NCBI GenBank assembly: GCA_019057475.1
Contig: DXJO01000042.1
Location: 1 to 26,319, forward strand
Direction of reading: 5' to 3'
DNA: 26,319 bases
DNA from: Candidatus Thorarchaeota archaeon
Lineage (GTDB): Archaea; Asgardarchaeota; Thorarchaeia; Thorarchaeales; Thorarchaeaceae
This document shows positions 7,881-17,168 of this stretch, one piece after another. The notes under the pieces were generated by a model that was not told the DNA's origin, searched no databases, and worked only from the letters and a program-made list of their open reading frames with translations. How positions within the stretch are numbered: the first letter of the stretch is position 1; each line of letters opens with the position of its first letter. A program made the translations under genes and the position numbers.

Positions 7881-10034
7881 GTGGCGAGAGTAGAATCCAT
7901 ACGAATCAAGAACTTCAGGTCGATTGGCCCTGACACTCAGGCGATTGAGCTGGGCACGAAAATCACGATACTCGTGGGGCCCAACAACTCAGGGAAGTCG
8001 AACATCCTCGAAGCACTCCGTCTATCGCTCTCCACCCGCGGGGAGTCCCAGTGTGAGCCTGACGATATCAACCTGTCCGTCAGAAGACAGATTGAGAAAC
8101 ACCCCGACCCGGGAATGATGACTCTCTCTGAGATCCAAATGACTCTCTCTCTGGCAGACGAAGACATGGAGCACGCCCTTTCTGCAGCAAGGTTGAATCT
8201 GGAGTCCCAGACACGGGCCAGTCGTCAGCTTCCACTCGGAGTCAAGGACTGGGAGGAGATTGACAGCATCCTCGAGCAAGTCTGGAACGAGGTCTTCTCT
8301 GATCGATTGTTAGCTGATGTGTCAATATTCCGAAAGCAGGACGGGAGCTTTTCTATCGATTCATCCCTAAACAACTACGGAAGGCTATGGACGGGGGAAC
8401 ACTCAGATGTCGTTCATAAACTTGAAGAGATTCGACAGTCGCATCGTGCTACTGCACAGACTAGTCTCCAAGTACACATCAGTGGCCTTGCGAGCGCTAT
8501 GATTCCAGTTCTGCGAATCATGCCTCGTACTCTCCCAACTGATGTACTACGGGGCTTCATAGGCTATGAAGAGCTCCAGAAACAGACGCTCGATCACAAC
8601 AACCTGCGAAACTTCCTTCTCATGATGAGTGACCCGGTAAAGGCACGACTTGACGAGAGTGTCTATGAAACACTACGGGAGAGCATTCTCGCCGCGTTCG
8701 ATGACATAGATGAGATGGAGCCCACTCTGGAGAGATGGACTGGCAACGTGGAGGTGATGTTTACTAAAAGGGGCCTTCCCTTTGAACTCAGGAGTCAGGG
8801 CGATGGCGTCAAACATATGCTGATGTTCTTTGTACTTCTCCATTTTGCCAAGGGTGGAGTCGTGATAGTTGACGAACCGGAGAACCATCTCCATCCCACC
8901 CTTGAAGAGATACTCGTGGAATTTTTCCTGGAGTTCGGACAGGGCCAGCTGGTCATGGCAACCCACTCTGATACTCTAGTCAGTGCAATCTCTGATGACA
9001 GAATAGATAGCGGTGAAGTTGTTATCTATGGTGTCGGTCTCGATGAGGCCAACAATACGTATGTCACTAGAAGCACCAAAGCTGAAATCGTGGACATACT
9101 CGGGGACCTCGGAGTCACGACATCGAGGTATCAGAAGCACATGGCTGCTCTCCACAACACTCTGGTGCTTGTGGAAGGGAAGAGTGACAAGCAACTGATC
9201 TCGAGTATCTTACAGAAGTTTGACAAGATGGATGAATTCACGAAGTACCGTCCATACTTTCTGCCCTACGGAGGAAAGAGAGTGGCATCTGCCCTGTCCT
9301 CTGAGCTTATCGATTCACTGAGGAAGGCAGAAGACACACTTGAAACTCCACTCTCGCCATACGTAATAGTCAGAGACCGCGATGAAGAGGTAGTTGATGG
9401 TAGCGAACCCGTAGACTCTCACGTGCTGACTCTCTCAGTCAGAGAGATTGAAAATCTTGTTCTTTCCAAGGAGTCCATATTGAAAGCTGCAGGGCAGTTC
9501 TTGGAGGAAATTGGCATTGATGAGGGGGATGATGCTCTGTCAGCCTTTGAGCAACATCTGATGTTGCAAGTGGAAGAGTACTTTCCAAAGTGGATGATGC
9601 TCCGGTTCAGATGGCGAGTGAGCCCCATCTTGAGACCACTATGGCGGCATATTAAGGAGGTAGCTTGGAGTGACACAAAGAACGAGATGAGGTCCATTCT
9701 AGAGGACTTCGAGTCCAGGGTGAAAGGCGAAATTTCGAAACTTGAAAATCTAGACGCTGAGTTGGCTGAGCTCAGTGACACGTGCATGCCGGAAGGCCGG
9801 TTCAACTATCCGTTCATCGCACAGAACTTGCCAGGTAAAGACCTCCAGAGTCTAATTCGCAGAGCTCTGGTGGATACCGCCAGCGACATGAAGCCCAACT
9901 GTGAAATAGAAGAAGTCCAGCGGAAGGCCTCAGACATGACTAAGTTCAAAGTCTTCCTTGAGAACACCCAGATACTACCCCCAGACATCGGGAAACTTCT
10001 CTTATGCATGGAACAGGTTCAACCAGAGAAATAA
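7881..10034 (+). CDS. ABC ATPase (AAA_15-like) fused to a TOPRIM/DUF4435-like nuclease (OLD-like / fused-PARIS-like)
   Basis: KNFRSI, GPNNSGKS, QGDGVK, VDEPENHLHP and ATHS, then VEGKSD, VRDRD, REIEN and a C-terminal PGKDL. Confidence 0.85.
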   Translation: MARVESIRIKNFRSIGPDTQAIELGTKITILVGPNNSGKSNILEALRLSLSTRGESQCEPDDINLSVRRQIEKHPDPGMMTLSEIQMTLSLADEDMEHALSAARLNLESQTRASRQLPLGVKDWEEIDSILEQVWNEVFSDRLLADVSIFRKQDGSFSIDSSLNNYGRLWTGEHSDVVHKLEEIRQSHRATAQTSLQVHISGLASAMIPVLRIMPRTLPTDVLRGFIGYEELQKQTLDHNNLRNFLLMMSDPVKARLDESVYETLRESILAAFDDIDEMEPTLERWTGNVEVMFTKRGLPFELRSQGDGVKHMLMFFVLLHFAKGGVVIVDEPENHLHPTLEEILVEFFLEFGQGQLVMATHSDTLVSAISDDRIDSGEVVIYGVGLDEANNTYVTRSTKAEIVDILGDLGVTTSRYQKHMAALHNTLVLVEGKSDKQLISSILQKFDKMDEFTKYRPYFLPYGGKRVASALSSELIDSLRKAEDTLETPLSPYVIVRDRDEEVVDGSEPVDSHVLTLSVREIENLVLSKESILKAAGQFLEEIGIDEGDDALSAFEQHLMLQVEEYFPKWMMLRFRWRVSPILRPLWRHIKEVAWSDTKNEMRSILEDFESRVKGEISKLENLDAELAELSDTCMPEGRFNYPFIAQNLPGKDLQSLIRRALVDTASDMKPNCEIEEVQRKASDMTKFKVFLENTQILPPDIGKLLLCMEQVQPEK

Positions 10035-10079
10035 CCAATCTCCCATTGTGCTACCAATCTATTAAGTAGGAGACTCACC

Positions 10080-10556
10080 ATGACGAAGAATGATAAGAAA
10101 CAGAAGTCCAAGGTCCATGACCCGACTGGATTAGCTGATGGTAATTTGGAGAGGGCTCGTAAAGAACGTGATTCGGCAAGACATGAACTCAAGAGTTTGA
10201 ACTATGCCATGAGCATTCACTCCTCTCAGACATGCATAGAACTGGCTCTGAAGTCAGTCTACAGGTATTTCGGCAAGAGTTTCGCTTTTGACCACAAACT
10301 AAAGGCAGACGAGTTTGCACAGATCCTCAATCTCATACCTGACGACCTCAAGTTCCATAACTTTCCTCGGCTCTTCGTCCTCTCAAGTTTCTGGTCTCAG
10401 TTCTATAGTCTCTCAAAGTATGGTCACGAATCGCTTGGAGTGGGTCCCGAGAAGATATTCAAAAGGGAGGAGGCTGAACTCGCACTTGGCCACGCTGGGG
10501 AGTGTTACATTGCCGCTAGTGGCATTAGGTATTGGTACCACCATTTGAAGAAGTAG
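10080..10556 (+). CDS. Stand-alone HEPN domain protein
   Basis: LERA...A....NY....SQ..IELALKS....G.....HKL...Y.LSKY...EEAE.AL pattern of archaeal HEPN (MNT-HEPN toxin type). AGGAGA upstream. Confidence 0.8.
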   Translation: MTKNDKKQKSKVHDPTGLADGNLERARKERDSARHELKSLNYAMSIHSSQTCIELALKSVYRYFGKSFAFDHKLKADEFAQILNLIPDDLKFHNFPRLFVLSSFWSQFYSLSKYGHESLGVGPEKIFKREEAELALGHAGECYIAASGIRYWYHHLKK

Positions 10557-10799
10557 GTCCGAGTCCTTTGATGCGCATGTGTCTTGGATTATCGTAAGTG
10601 CCTTCAGGTAGCATGTTCTGCTTTTTAGCCTGAGAGAAGCAGCTAGCCAAGTCTGATATAGCAGTCCTCGAAATCCCAGTGGATACATTGGTGTCAGTTG
10701 CCCATGCGTTCAACCTGTCCTCTCGTTACATCTCGGTAGTTTTTCGTGTTCTCTTTCGTACTCCCTAAGTAAGGCTCTTTCTCTTTGACGACCTAGCAA

Positions 10800-11060
10800 T
10801 CATGGAAATTCGATGCCATGTCGGTGAAGCCGCTTTCTCTCCACATTGATAGTATTTCCGGAGTCGATGATGATGGGGGGGAAGCCAGAGTGCTGAGAAT
10901 GAACGAGAATCCTGTGGAGGATGTCACGAATGTACTTGTCTCCATAGAAGAGGTAAGTGAGTCCCAACTCAAGTCCTCCTTCAAGCAGGGAGTCCAGTGA
11001 GGTTATTCCTGTTGGAAGCACCTTGCGGCCTTCGATCTTGTCTGCAGTCTGGAATGACAT
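10800..11060 (-). pseudogene. RadA/Rad51-paralogue N-terminal fragment (degenerate Walker A), truncated
   Basis: PTGITSLDSLLEGGLELGLTYLFYGDK and IIIDSGNTIN. Only 86 aa, far shorter than a RecA core. Confidence 0.75.
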
Positions 11061-11088
11061 CTCAGACTATGTATGGTCTTCCAATACC

Positions 11089-11094
11089 TATAAA
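11089..11094. promoter_or_regulatory. TATA box probably serving both divergent leaderless genes
   Basis: TATAAA (TTTATA on the minus strand) lies about 25 nt from ATG 11119 and about 28 nt from ATG 11060, matching archaeal TATA spacing. Confidence 0.45.
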
Positions 11095-11118
11095 GTGCTA
11101 CATGGAAACAACTAACTC

Positions 11119-11901
11119 ATGAGGGGTTACAAGTGCTGGGTCTACGTGTTGAGGGTAGTTTCGAACGATTCTTTCTATGTGGGTGTCACCAGTGACCTTG
11201 AGACTAGACTTGATGCTCATCGCAAGGGTCACGGTCACGATGCAACTAGGATAGGACCTCTTGAGCTTGTGGAGGTTGTAGAGTGTGATAGTGAAACAGC
11301 CCGGGAAATAGAGAAGACCAAGACCATCGAATTCATTGAGAAGTATGGAACGGACAGAGTAGTAGGACACAGGTTTTCCGTCAAGAAGAAGCCTACCAAG
11401 AAGAGGTCCGCAGAAGAACGCCAACCTGTTCGAGAGATCCAGTCAATCATCAGCTATGCTGAAGATGATGAGTACTTCAGAGTCTGTGAGGAGTGCATTC
11501 ACTTCGACAATCCTGACCACCATTGTACACTACTTGATGAAACAACTCTGGGTTCATGTACCTGTGTCTTCTGGAGTAGCGGACTGTGGGGTGAGTCTTT
11601 GGAGGAAATAGAGGAGAACGCTACTAAACAGGCTCAAAAATGGTTCACAGCAGAATGTGCAGATATTGTGCGGGAGTTGTTCGGAAGAGGTTGTGTAATG
11701 GAACAGATACGTAACAAGGCGTTTCCGAATCTTGACCAACAGAAACCGTACACTGCGTATGTGACACAGAAGGATCAGGCAAATGATTTCATCCTGAGGT
11801 CTCTTGGGATTCCCAAGGGGAAAGATGAGTGGGATGAGTACAACCGACTTCGGGAGGAGGTCAGAGGTCGAATTGGCGGCAATCGGTGTAATAAAGGCTG
11901 A
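11119..11901 (+). CDS. GIY-YIG nuclease with a basic linker, Cys-rich (Zn-binding) module and helical C-terminus
   Basis: WVYVL...FYVGVTSDLETRLDAH...ARE.E, followed by KKKPTKKR and CEEC.H...HC...CTC..W. Confidence 0.8.
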   Translation: MRGYKCWVYVLRVVSNDSFYVGVTSDLETRLDAHRKGHGHDATRIGPLELVEVVECDSETAREIEKTKTIEFIEKYGTDRVVGHRFSVKKKPTKKRSAEERQPVREIQSIISYAEDDEYFRVCEECIHFDNPDHHCTLLDETTLGSCTCVFWSSGLWGESLEEIEENATKQAQKWFTAECADIVRELFGRGCVMEQIRNKAFPNLDQQKPYTAYVTQKDQANDFILRSLGIPKGKDEWDEYNRLREEVRGRIGGNRCNKG

Positions 11902-11942
11902 ATCATAGAGCTCGTCATTGAGTTGTAATCACGTTGGCATCA

Positions 11943-12623
11943 CTATCCCTGCCATCCGGATTTAAGAACTACAAGATTCGCACAACGGAAGCCTAACCAA
12001 TTGTCTGAAGGCGGGTCTATGGCTCTGACAGTTCCTAGTTTTTGATAATTGCTGAGTAAGGCAATCGCGTTCCGTTCGAGGTACGCTCGCATACTATGTT
12101 TGCTGGCTTCATCATCAACTTTCAACCAGAGAAACGGCATCGAACGAATATAGTGACTTACACGCTGTTCAATGGGATATTCCTTTTCTCTTATTTCCCG
12201 TGGAGCTGAGGAGCCTTGTCCCCAGGTGGGATAAGCATCTTTCAACCCCTCACGATTCAAAATCGCCGTGCCCAGGTGCCGTCGAAATATGGACCCACGA
12301 TGATTCCCCCCATCCTTGTGTGAACCACTTACTCGTCCACGATGTGTCCGCAACCGAGTCCATAACGTGGTTCGAGAGCCTTTAGAAACCGCATGCGTTC
12401 CAACGCGGACTGCTCGTTCATCAATACCGTTATTTCGGGTTTCTCCCTTTTCAAAAAAGAAATACAACCCTCTGCGAGGCCACTTCAACCGACCATCACA
12501 TTGAGAAAGAAGCCGCTTCTTTCCAAGCCTTTTCTCAAGTTCACTGAGTAAGGAATAGAAATGATTCAATGCATCTAATCGATCTAAAGCAGCCACTCCC
12601 ATTGAAAATTTGTTTGCGTTCAC
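11943..12623 (-). CDS. GIY-YIG-like nuclease, possibly truncated at the C-terminus
   Basis: WPRRGLYFFFE...RAVRVGTH...RLRTH...GNHRGSIFR...ERNAIALLSN. It ends SGWQG*, where relatives, as I recall them, continue SGLWN. Confidence 0.7.
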   Translation of the reverse strand: MNANKFSMGVAALDRLDALNHFYSLLSELEKRLGKKRLLSQCDGRLKWPRRGLYFFFEKGETRNNGIDERAVRVGTHAVSKGSRTTLWTRLRTHRGRVSGSHKDGGNHRGSIFRRHLGTAILNREGLKDAYPTWGQGSSAPREIREKEYPIEQRVSHYIRSMPFLWLKVDDEASKHSMRAYLERNAIALLSNYQKLGTVRAIDPPSDNWLGFRCANLVVLKSGWQG

Positions 12624-13088
12624 ATATTTTACATTTAAGGATAGTAGAGGATGAAGAATTAATCACTATATAGGTAGATGTATAGTTCAACTATACCAAG
12701 AGTGATTGGCCAATCCATTACAGATGCCTAGTCGGTTGCTTGTATTGGGCATTACGGAGGGTGTGACATTTGCTTCTCTTGCCCATGGGGCAGATACTCT
12801 GGTCCGAATATCTCACGACCCATGACGATCATTCTTTGCAAAACCTAATAGCCTGCGAAACTCAGACCGGTTGATGTGATGCAATTGAGCACTCCAAAAG
12901 CAAATCCGAAATCATCTCAGAGTATAGTTGACTTGACTAATGTGATAGTTGTTACCAAGTTGGGAAACAGAGCATCTGGCCTGGGTGCGAGCATGGTGGT
13001 AATGAATGAACTGCCTGAACTCAATGCGCATAGACTGTAATCGCGCACCGTACTCAAGAGAAGTACCTGTAAAAAGGGGTCTATCCTA

Positions 13089-13691
13089 GTGAAATTCGGT
13101 AGAAGGCGCATCTGGTTCATCACTGCTACTCTGCTGCTTGCGGTTACACAACTTGCGCTTTGTCAGAACGTAGCTGGTGGAAACTTCATCCAGAGTAATG
13201 AATCCACACCTCCACAGTTCGATGAGGTTGGTCATATGTTTGCTGATTTGATACCGTCCTCTGTACCTGTCGAACTTACACTGAGGATATCTGTGGTTGT
13301 ACGTGATGAGGATGGCATTGATACAGTCATTGGTAGTTACAAGAAAGATAACGACACAATTTGGACAAATACTACGATGTCCTTCTATGCTGAATTGCCA
13401 GAACAAAGATACCTTTATTCAGCAAGTCCACTCAATTTCACATTAGATGCCGACAATAGGATTATGGTCTGGGACGTTGTATACTATGCCAGTGACACCC
13501 TTGGAAACTGGAACAAGTCTGAACAAGGATCGATCTCACATTGTTTCTTTCCAGCTGATGAACCCACAGTTTCACCTTTTGAGAATGTTATATTCGTCAT
13601 GATTGCTATATTCGCCATAGTAGCGGGTGTTGGTGGCATAGTAATAATATTCGCTGTACTACACCAACGCAGAAAGGGCACAAATAAATGA
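13089..13691 (+). CDS. Secreted, C-terminally membrane-anchored beta-sandwich (Ig/Fn3-like) protein
   Basis: Basic-plus-hydrophobic signal peptide, VRDEDGIDTV...YYASDTLGNW, N-x-S/T sequons, and a C-terminal TM helix followed by RRK. Confidence 0.75.
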   Translation: MKFGRRRIWFITATLLLAVTQLALCQNVAGGNFIQSNESTPPQFDEVGHMFADLIPSSVPVELTLRISVVVRDEDGIDTVIGSYKKDNDTIWTNTTMSFYAELPEQRYLYSASPLNFTLDADNRIMVWDVVYYASDTLGNWNKSEQGSISHCFFPADEPTVSPFENVIFVMIAIFAIVAGVGGIVIIFAVLHQRRKGTNK

Positions 13692-13717
13692 GAAGATCCT
13701 GTATGGTATTCGACCCG

Positions 13718-13855
13718 TTTACCCTAACTAAAAACAAGTAATGGTAAAAGAACTGCTGACAACATCCTTGTTAACCTTTTACTAAAATTAGTAAAAGGTA
13801 AATCATTGGCTCAGTGTAGTTTAGAATTTAAGGGTTCAACCATCTTATTCTGAGG
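13718..13855. repeat. Palindrome-rich repeat block A (left)
   Basis: TTTACCCTAACT-AAAAACA-AGTAATGGTAAA (13718-13748); perfect inverted repeat ACCTTTTACTAA-aa-TTAGTAAAAGGT (13774-13799); GGTTCAACCATCTTATTCTGAGG (13833-13855). Confidence 0.75.
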
Positions 13856-14130
13856 TCTAAATAGGCCTAAACGAACGTCCTAGATCCTAGTCATTACTCG
13901 TGGATATTATAGGCTTGAATTATTAGCGGTTTTACCCCGGTTAATTCATTAATAATCTGACCCCATTACCTAGGACGGGTACTATTCACAAATAGATAGT
14001 CATCATAATTAATGGCAAGATAGATAGGACTTTGAAGCCATCTTGTTATGGAGTTAGGAGTCTTTGACTGTTATCTTCTTTATCGATCCATTCAGTATTT
14101 TCGTTCCATGGATTGTCTGGCTTAGTTGAA

Positions 14131-14595
14131 TTATGGATTATTAAGGCTAAGGGGGAGGGAGTAGTTTCTTCTTTTCCCAATCCAGTCACCTATGAATGCT
14201 CCTATGATCCAAGGGGCGATGAGGAAAATTATGGGCCCAAAGTGGGCATTCGGAGGTGGTAATCCAGTAGCCCAAATGATGAGGGCACCTCCGAAGAGGA
14301 CTGCGAGAAACGTCCAGCTTGCTCCACCCACTATATATATCACTCTATTTACTTTAATAGAGGGTCTGACGCGGATATAATATGCGCCTCCCACGCAGAG
14401 AAAAACAAAAACTAATCCGTAAACCACCCTTTCAAGAGGAATGTACAAAAGAAAGATTCCAACAAGTGCGGAAGCTACTATTGATAATAGAATGGCTATC
14501 CACAGAGGCTTCCACCACCAAGGCTTTGACTTATTACTACTAGCATTAGACATTCGATTCTCAAATTGATGTTTCCTGATCTTTTTTCCCACCAT
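14131..14595 (-). CDS. Integral membrane protein (about 4 TM); likely start at MSNASSNK
   Basis: KPWWWKPLW followed by four hydrophobic helices and ending IGDWIGKRRNY. Confidence 0.75.
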   Translation of the reverse strand: MVGKKIRKHQFENRMSNASSNKSKPWWWKPLWIAILLSIVASALVGIFLLYIPLERVVYGLVFVFLCVGGAYYIRVRPSIKVNRVIYIVGGASWTFLAVLFGGALIIWATGLPPPNAHFGPIIFLIAPWIIGAFIGDWIGKRRNYSLPLSLNNP

Positions 14596-14729
14596 GACCA
14601 GAACCGACAGTTAGATCCCCCATTTCCATTCACGATGTGTCGTCGTTTCGACCAGCCAACACCACTTTCTTATAGTCTGGAAAGTATATTAATATTCAGC
14701 AATTGAGAGTATCCACACTGCTACACAAT

Positions 14730-14755
14730 TACCTTGGTACTGTACCTTGGTACTG
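14730..14755. repeat. Perfect 13-bp tandem duplication TACCTTGGTACTG x2
   Basis: Read directly: 14730-14742 and 14743-14755 are identical. Confidence 0.9.
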
Positions 14756-14765
14756 AATGTTAGGG

Positions 14766-14908
14766 GACAACATACAGATTATTACCAATACTAAAAAGTA
14801 GTAATGGTAATGCCCTCAGATCCTAGCTAGACCAAATGATTATGATTATTTAAAACTAGTATTAACTTTCAATACCTAAAAAGTAGGTTCAACCCTTTTA
14901 TTCTAAGG
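14766..14908. repeat. Palindrome-rich repeat block B (right), a degenerate direct copy of block A
   Basis: GACAACAT; ATTACCAATACT-AAAAAGT-AGTAATGGTAAT (14781-14811); ACCTA-AAAAG-TAGGT; GGTTCAACCCTTTTATTCTAAGG (14886-14908, 20/23 identical to 13833-13855). Confidence 0.75.
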
Positions 14909-15429
14909 AATGGTTCGGTTTAATCGAATATCGAAACCTAAACCAACACGCATAGACCATTTCGATTTATTCGGTTTCGCTTTATTTTGTTCGTTTTTCT
15001 TCCGAATGTTGAAAATGACCAGAATGCGCGGATTCGTTCTCTTGGGACGCCGGTAAGCGTTCTTACAATCATCTAATCAAAATGTGTTGTATCTAGCGCG
15101 CGACTTCTAAGTTTGGTGTTCCATAGAAATCAACTCAAGGGTCTACTGAGATGGGTGTCTTTGCACTCGGAGCCTCTTACTTCCAGCGATCGCGTTACCT
15201 AGTAGAATTGTGTTCACAAAGGAACCTAATTGGATAGCCATGGACAGCAATCTTTGTTTGTTCTGTGGAAGTCCTCCCAGGTGAGCCATCCCAGCCTATG
15301 GCTTATCTCACGCCAGTTCGGATTCTTCCTGTGAGGCAGTTCGATAGCTATGGATTCTGGATTCTTCTTGTAATCAGTGAACTTGTATCCGTATAACCTG
15401 CAGGAGGGTTTGATTTTGACTAATATCCG

Positions 15430-15618
15430 TCATTGAGTGAGTGTTTCAGATTCACTAGCAGCGTTGGAATCTCTTCGTATATAGACTATCAGTGCAATGA
15501 TGATAAAGATTGACACGGGAAATACTAGATATGCAAAGATGGTTGGGGTCCCGCTCTCTTCAGTTGGCTTGGGTTCAAGTCCTGCAGACTTGGTCTTCTT
15601 CGAGGTTGCCTTCGCCAT
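15430..15618 (-). CDS. Small single-pass membrane protein
   Basis: 62 aa, one TM helix (TIFAYLVFPVSIFIIIALIVYI). Its ATG directly follows the TAG of the upstream ORF. Confidence 0.6.
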   Translation of the reverse strand: MAKATSKKTKSAGLEPKPTEESGTPTIFAYLVFPVSIFIIIALIVYIRRDSNAASESETLTQ

Positions 15619-15831
15619 CTACGCAGCCACCTTCTCTTTGGCCGTAGAAGTGGCCAGCTCTAAGTTCACAATCACGTCCAGAATCTGAGTTTTGTACTTG
15701 CAAAAAAGAGCGATAAACTCATCCTGGCTCAGGTCTGAATCAAGATTGAGTTCGAGCTCAAGCTCTCGCTTGAATTTGTTGAACTCAGCCTTGGTTTTAG
15801 GTTTCAAATACCATCTTGGTTGTTCAGGCAT
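15619..15831 (-). CDS. Small DNA-binding protein, ribbon-helix-helix-like (70 aa from MPEQ)
   Basis: Strand RWYLK, helix TKAEFNKFKRELE, helix SQDEFIALFC, consistent with RHH/VapB-like regulators (pattern inference). Confidence 0.55.
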   Translation of the reverse strand: MPEQPRWYLKPKTKAEFNKFKRELELELNLDSDLSQDEFIALFCKYKTQILDVIVNLELATSTAKEKVAA

Positions 15832-15839
15832 GATACAAC

Positions 15840-15916
15840 ATCCTGTATTCTGTATTTGGTACTCTTGCGTAGGATACCCCACCTATTAAGCCTATTGTAT
15901 TCTGTATACAGGATAC
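15840..15916. promoter_or_regulatory. Operator-like repeats between divergent regulators
   Basis: 20-bp near-palindrome GTATTCTGTA/TACAGGATAC (15897-15916); TGTATTCTGTAT at 15844 and 15896; AGGATAC at 15871 and 15910; TATTAAG in between. Confidence 0.65.
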
Positions 15917-15960
15917 GATAGGAAACCAATATAGAGCCTTGATGCTATTCTGAGGCCGAA

Positions 15961-16248
15961 ATGACCGCGCTTGAGAAACTGGAATACCCAGGAGCCATGC
16001 AATTGCTTCTTGCACTGGTTGAACGTCAAAGATATGTAACTGAGGTCCTGCGAAAGCGGTCGAATCCTAATGGGTTCATCAGCCAGACGTCACTGGATAA
16101 ATGCAGGGTACACCTAGAGGAGCTAGGTCTGATCAAAGAAGAGATGGAAGAGAGTGCACGTCCAAGGACATACCTGGTCATCACTGACAAGGGGCGACGT
16201 GTGGCGCAGAAGATCAGGGAGATTCAGGAGATCCTCGAGGAGAATTAG
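15961..16248 (+). CDS. Winged-helix (HxlR/MarR-like) transcriptional regulator
   Basis: ISQTSL....HLEELGLIKEE.....PRTYLVITDKGRRVA pattern. Confidence 0.85.
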   Translation: MTALEKLEYPGAMQLLLALVERQRYVTEVLRKRSNPNGFISQTSLDKCRVHLEELGLIKEEMEESARPRTYLVITDKGRRVAQKIREIQEILEEN

Positions 16249-16313
16249 GAGCTTACCTGTGAGAGATGTTAAATAGGATAGTTATCCTACTTCGACCATT
16301 CTAAAGGCAACGA

Positions 16314-17168
16314 GTGGGACATATGGACAATGAGTTCTCTCACCAAAAAGATCTCTATTTCGAAGCGCAAAAGCGGTCAGTCCAGAGAAGAGAGAAGATT
16401 AAGAAAGCAATCCGGACGGAGCTACACAAGTACCTCAGTGAGTTCAAAGACATAGAGATACGAGCGAGCGATATTGGAGAAGACGAACTGGCACTAGTTC
16501 TGTTTCGAGCGCCCATTCTCCTCAAGGCTCTCATCTCAACATGTAACATAGCACAGAGAGCGATCAAGCGTGACCTAGGCTTCGATGTCAAGACGTATGG
16601 CACCACGTTGAAGATGAACAGGGCGACACAACTGGCGAAGTACATCAAGCCATTCCTGCCCAAGACCATAACGCTCGAATCACTCCTGCTGGTTGACCAC
16701 GTATATTTCATTGACAATGAAATGCGTCAGATAAAAGGAAGTGAGTGGGAGAAACGTGTCATTGAAACATTGCGCAGGATTTCTGGGCGTGACTTCAGGA
16801 AAAGGAAATTCAACAGTAACCACTATGAAATAGATGCTGCTCTCGCTTCCCGTGGAATCATTATCGTTGGGGTCGATATCAAGAGAATCGAGTCGCCCCG
16901 TGACATTCATAAGAGGTCTGATGAAATAATTAACAAGGCGGTCCACCTCAAGAGAACCTTTCCAGACGCGAAATTCTTCGCAATGATATATTTCCCATTC
17001 CCGAAGGAACAGGACAAGATCGAGGAAAGGTTTGCGGAATCGCAGGTAGACGGAATAGTCTACGTCAGGGCCTCTGACGTATCAATTAGAAACAGCTGCG
17101 AGGAACTGGTCAAGATCGCCAAAATCAAACGAGGGCCGGTGGATGAATCTCTCGAAGACTACACATGA
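16314..17168 (+). CDS. Putative type II restriction endonuclease (PD-(D/E)xK)
   Basis: WEKRV...YEIDAA...GVDIKRIE nuclease-like motif; overlaps the downstream MTase. Likely start ATG 16323. Confidence 0.75.
   Translation: MGHMDNEFSHQKDLYFEAQKRSVQRREKIKKAIRTELHKYLSEFKDIEIRASDIGEDELALVLFRAPILLKALISTCNIAQRAIKRDLGFDVKTYGTTLKMNRATQLAKYIKPFLPKTITLESLLLVDHVYFIDNEMRQIKGSEWEKRVIETLRRISGRDFRKRKFNSNHYEIDAALASRGIIIVGVDIKRIESPRDIHKRSDEIINKAVHLKRTFPDAKFFAMIYFPFPKEQDKIEERFAESQVDGIVYVRASDVSIRNSCEELVKIAKIKRGPVDESLEDYT

Noticed and set aside
13700-15000. CRISPR array
   Set aside because: The repeats are few, degenerate and irregularly spaced, and no cas genes are present.
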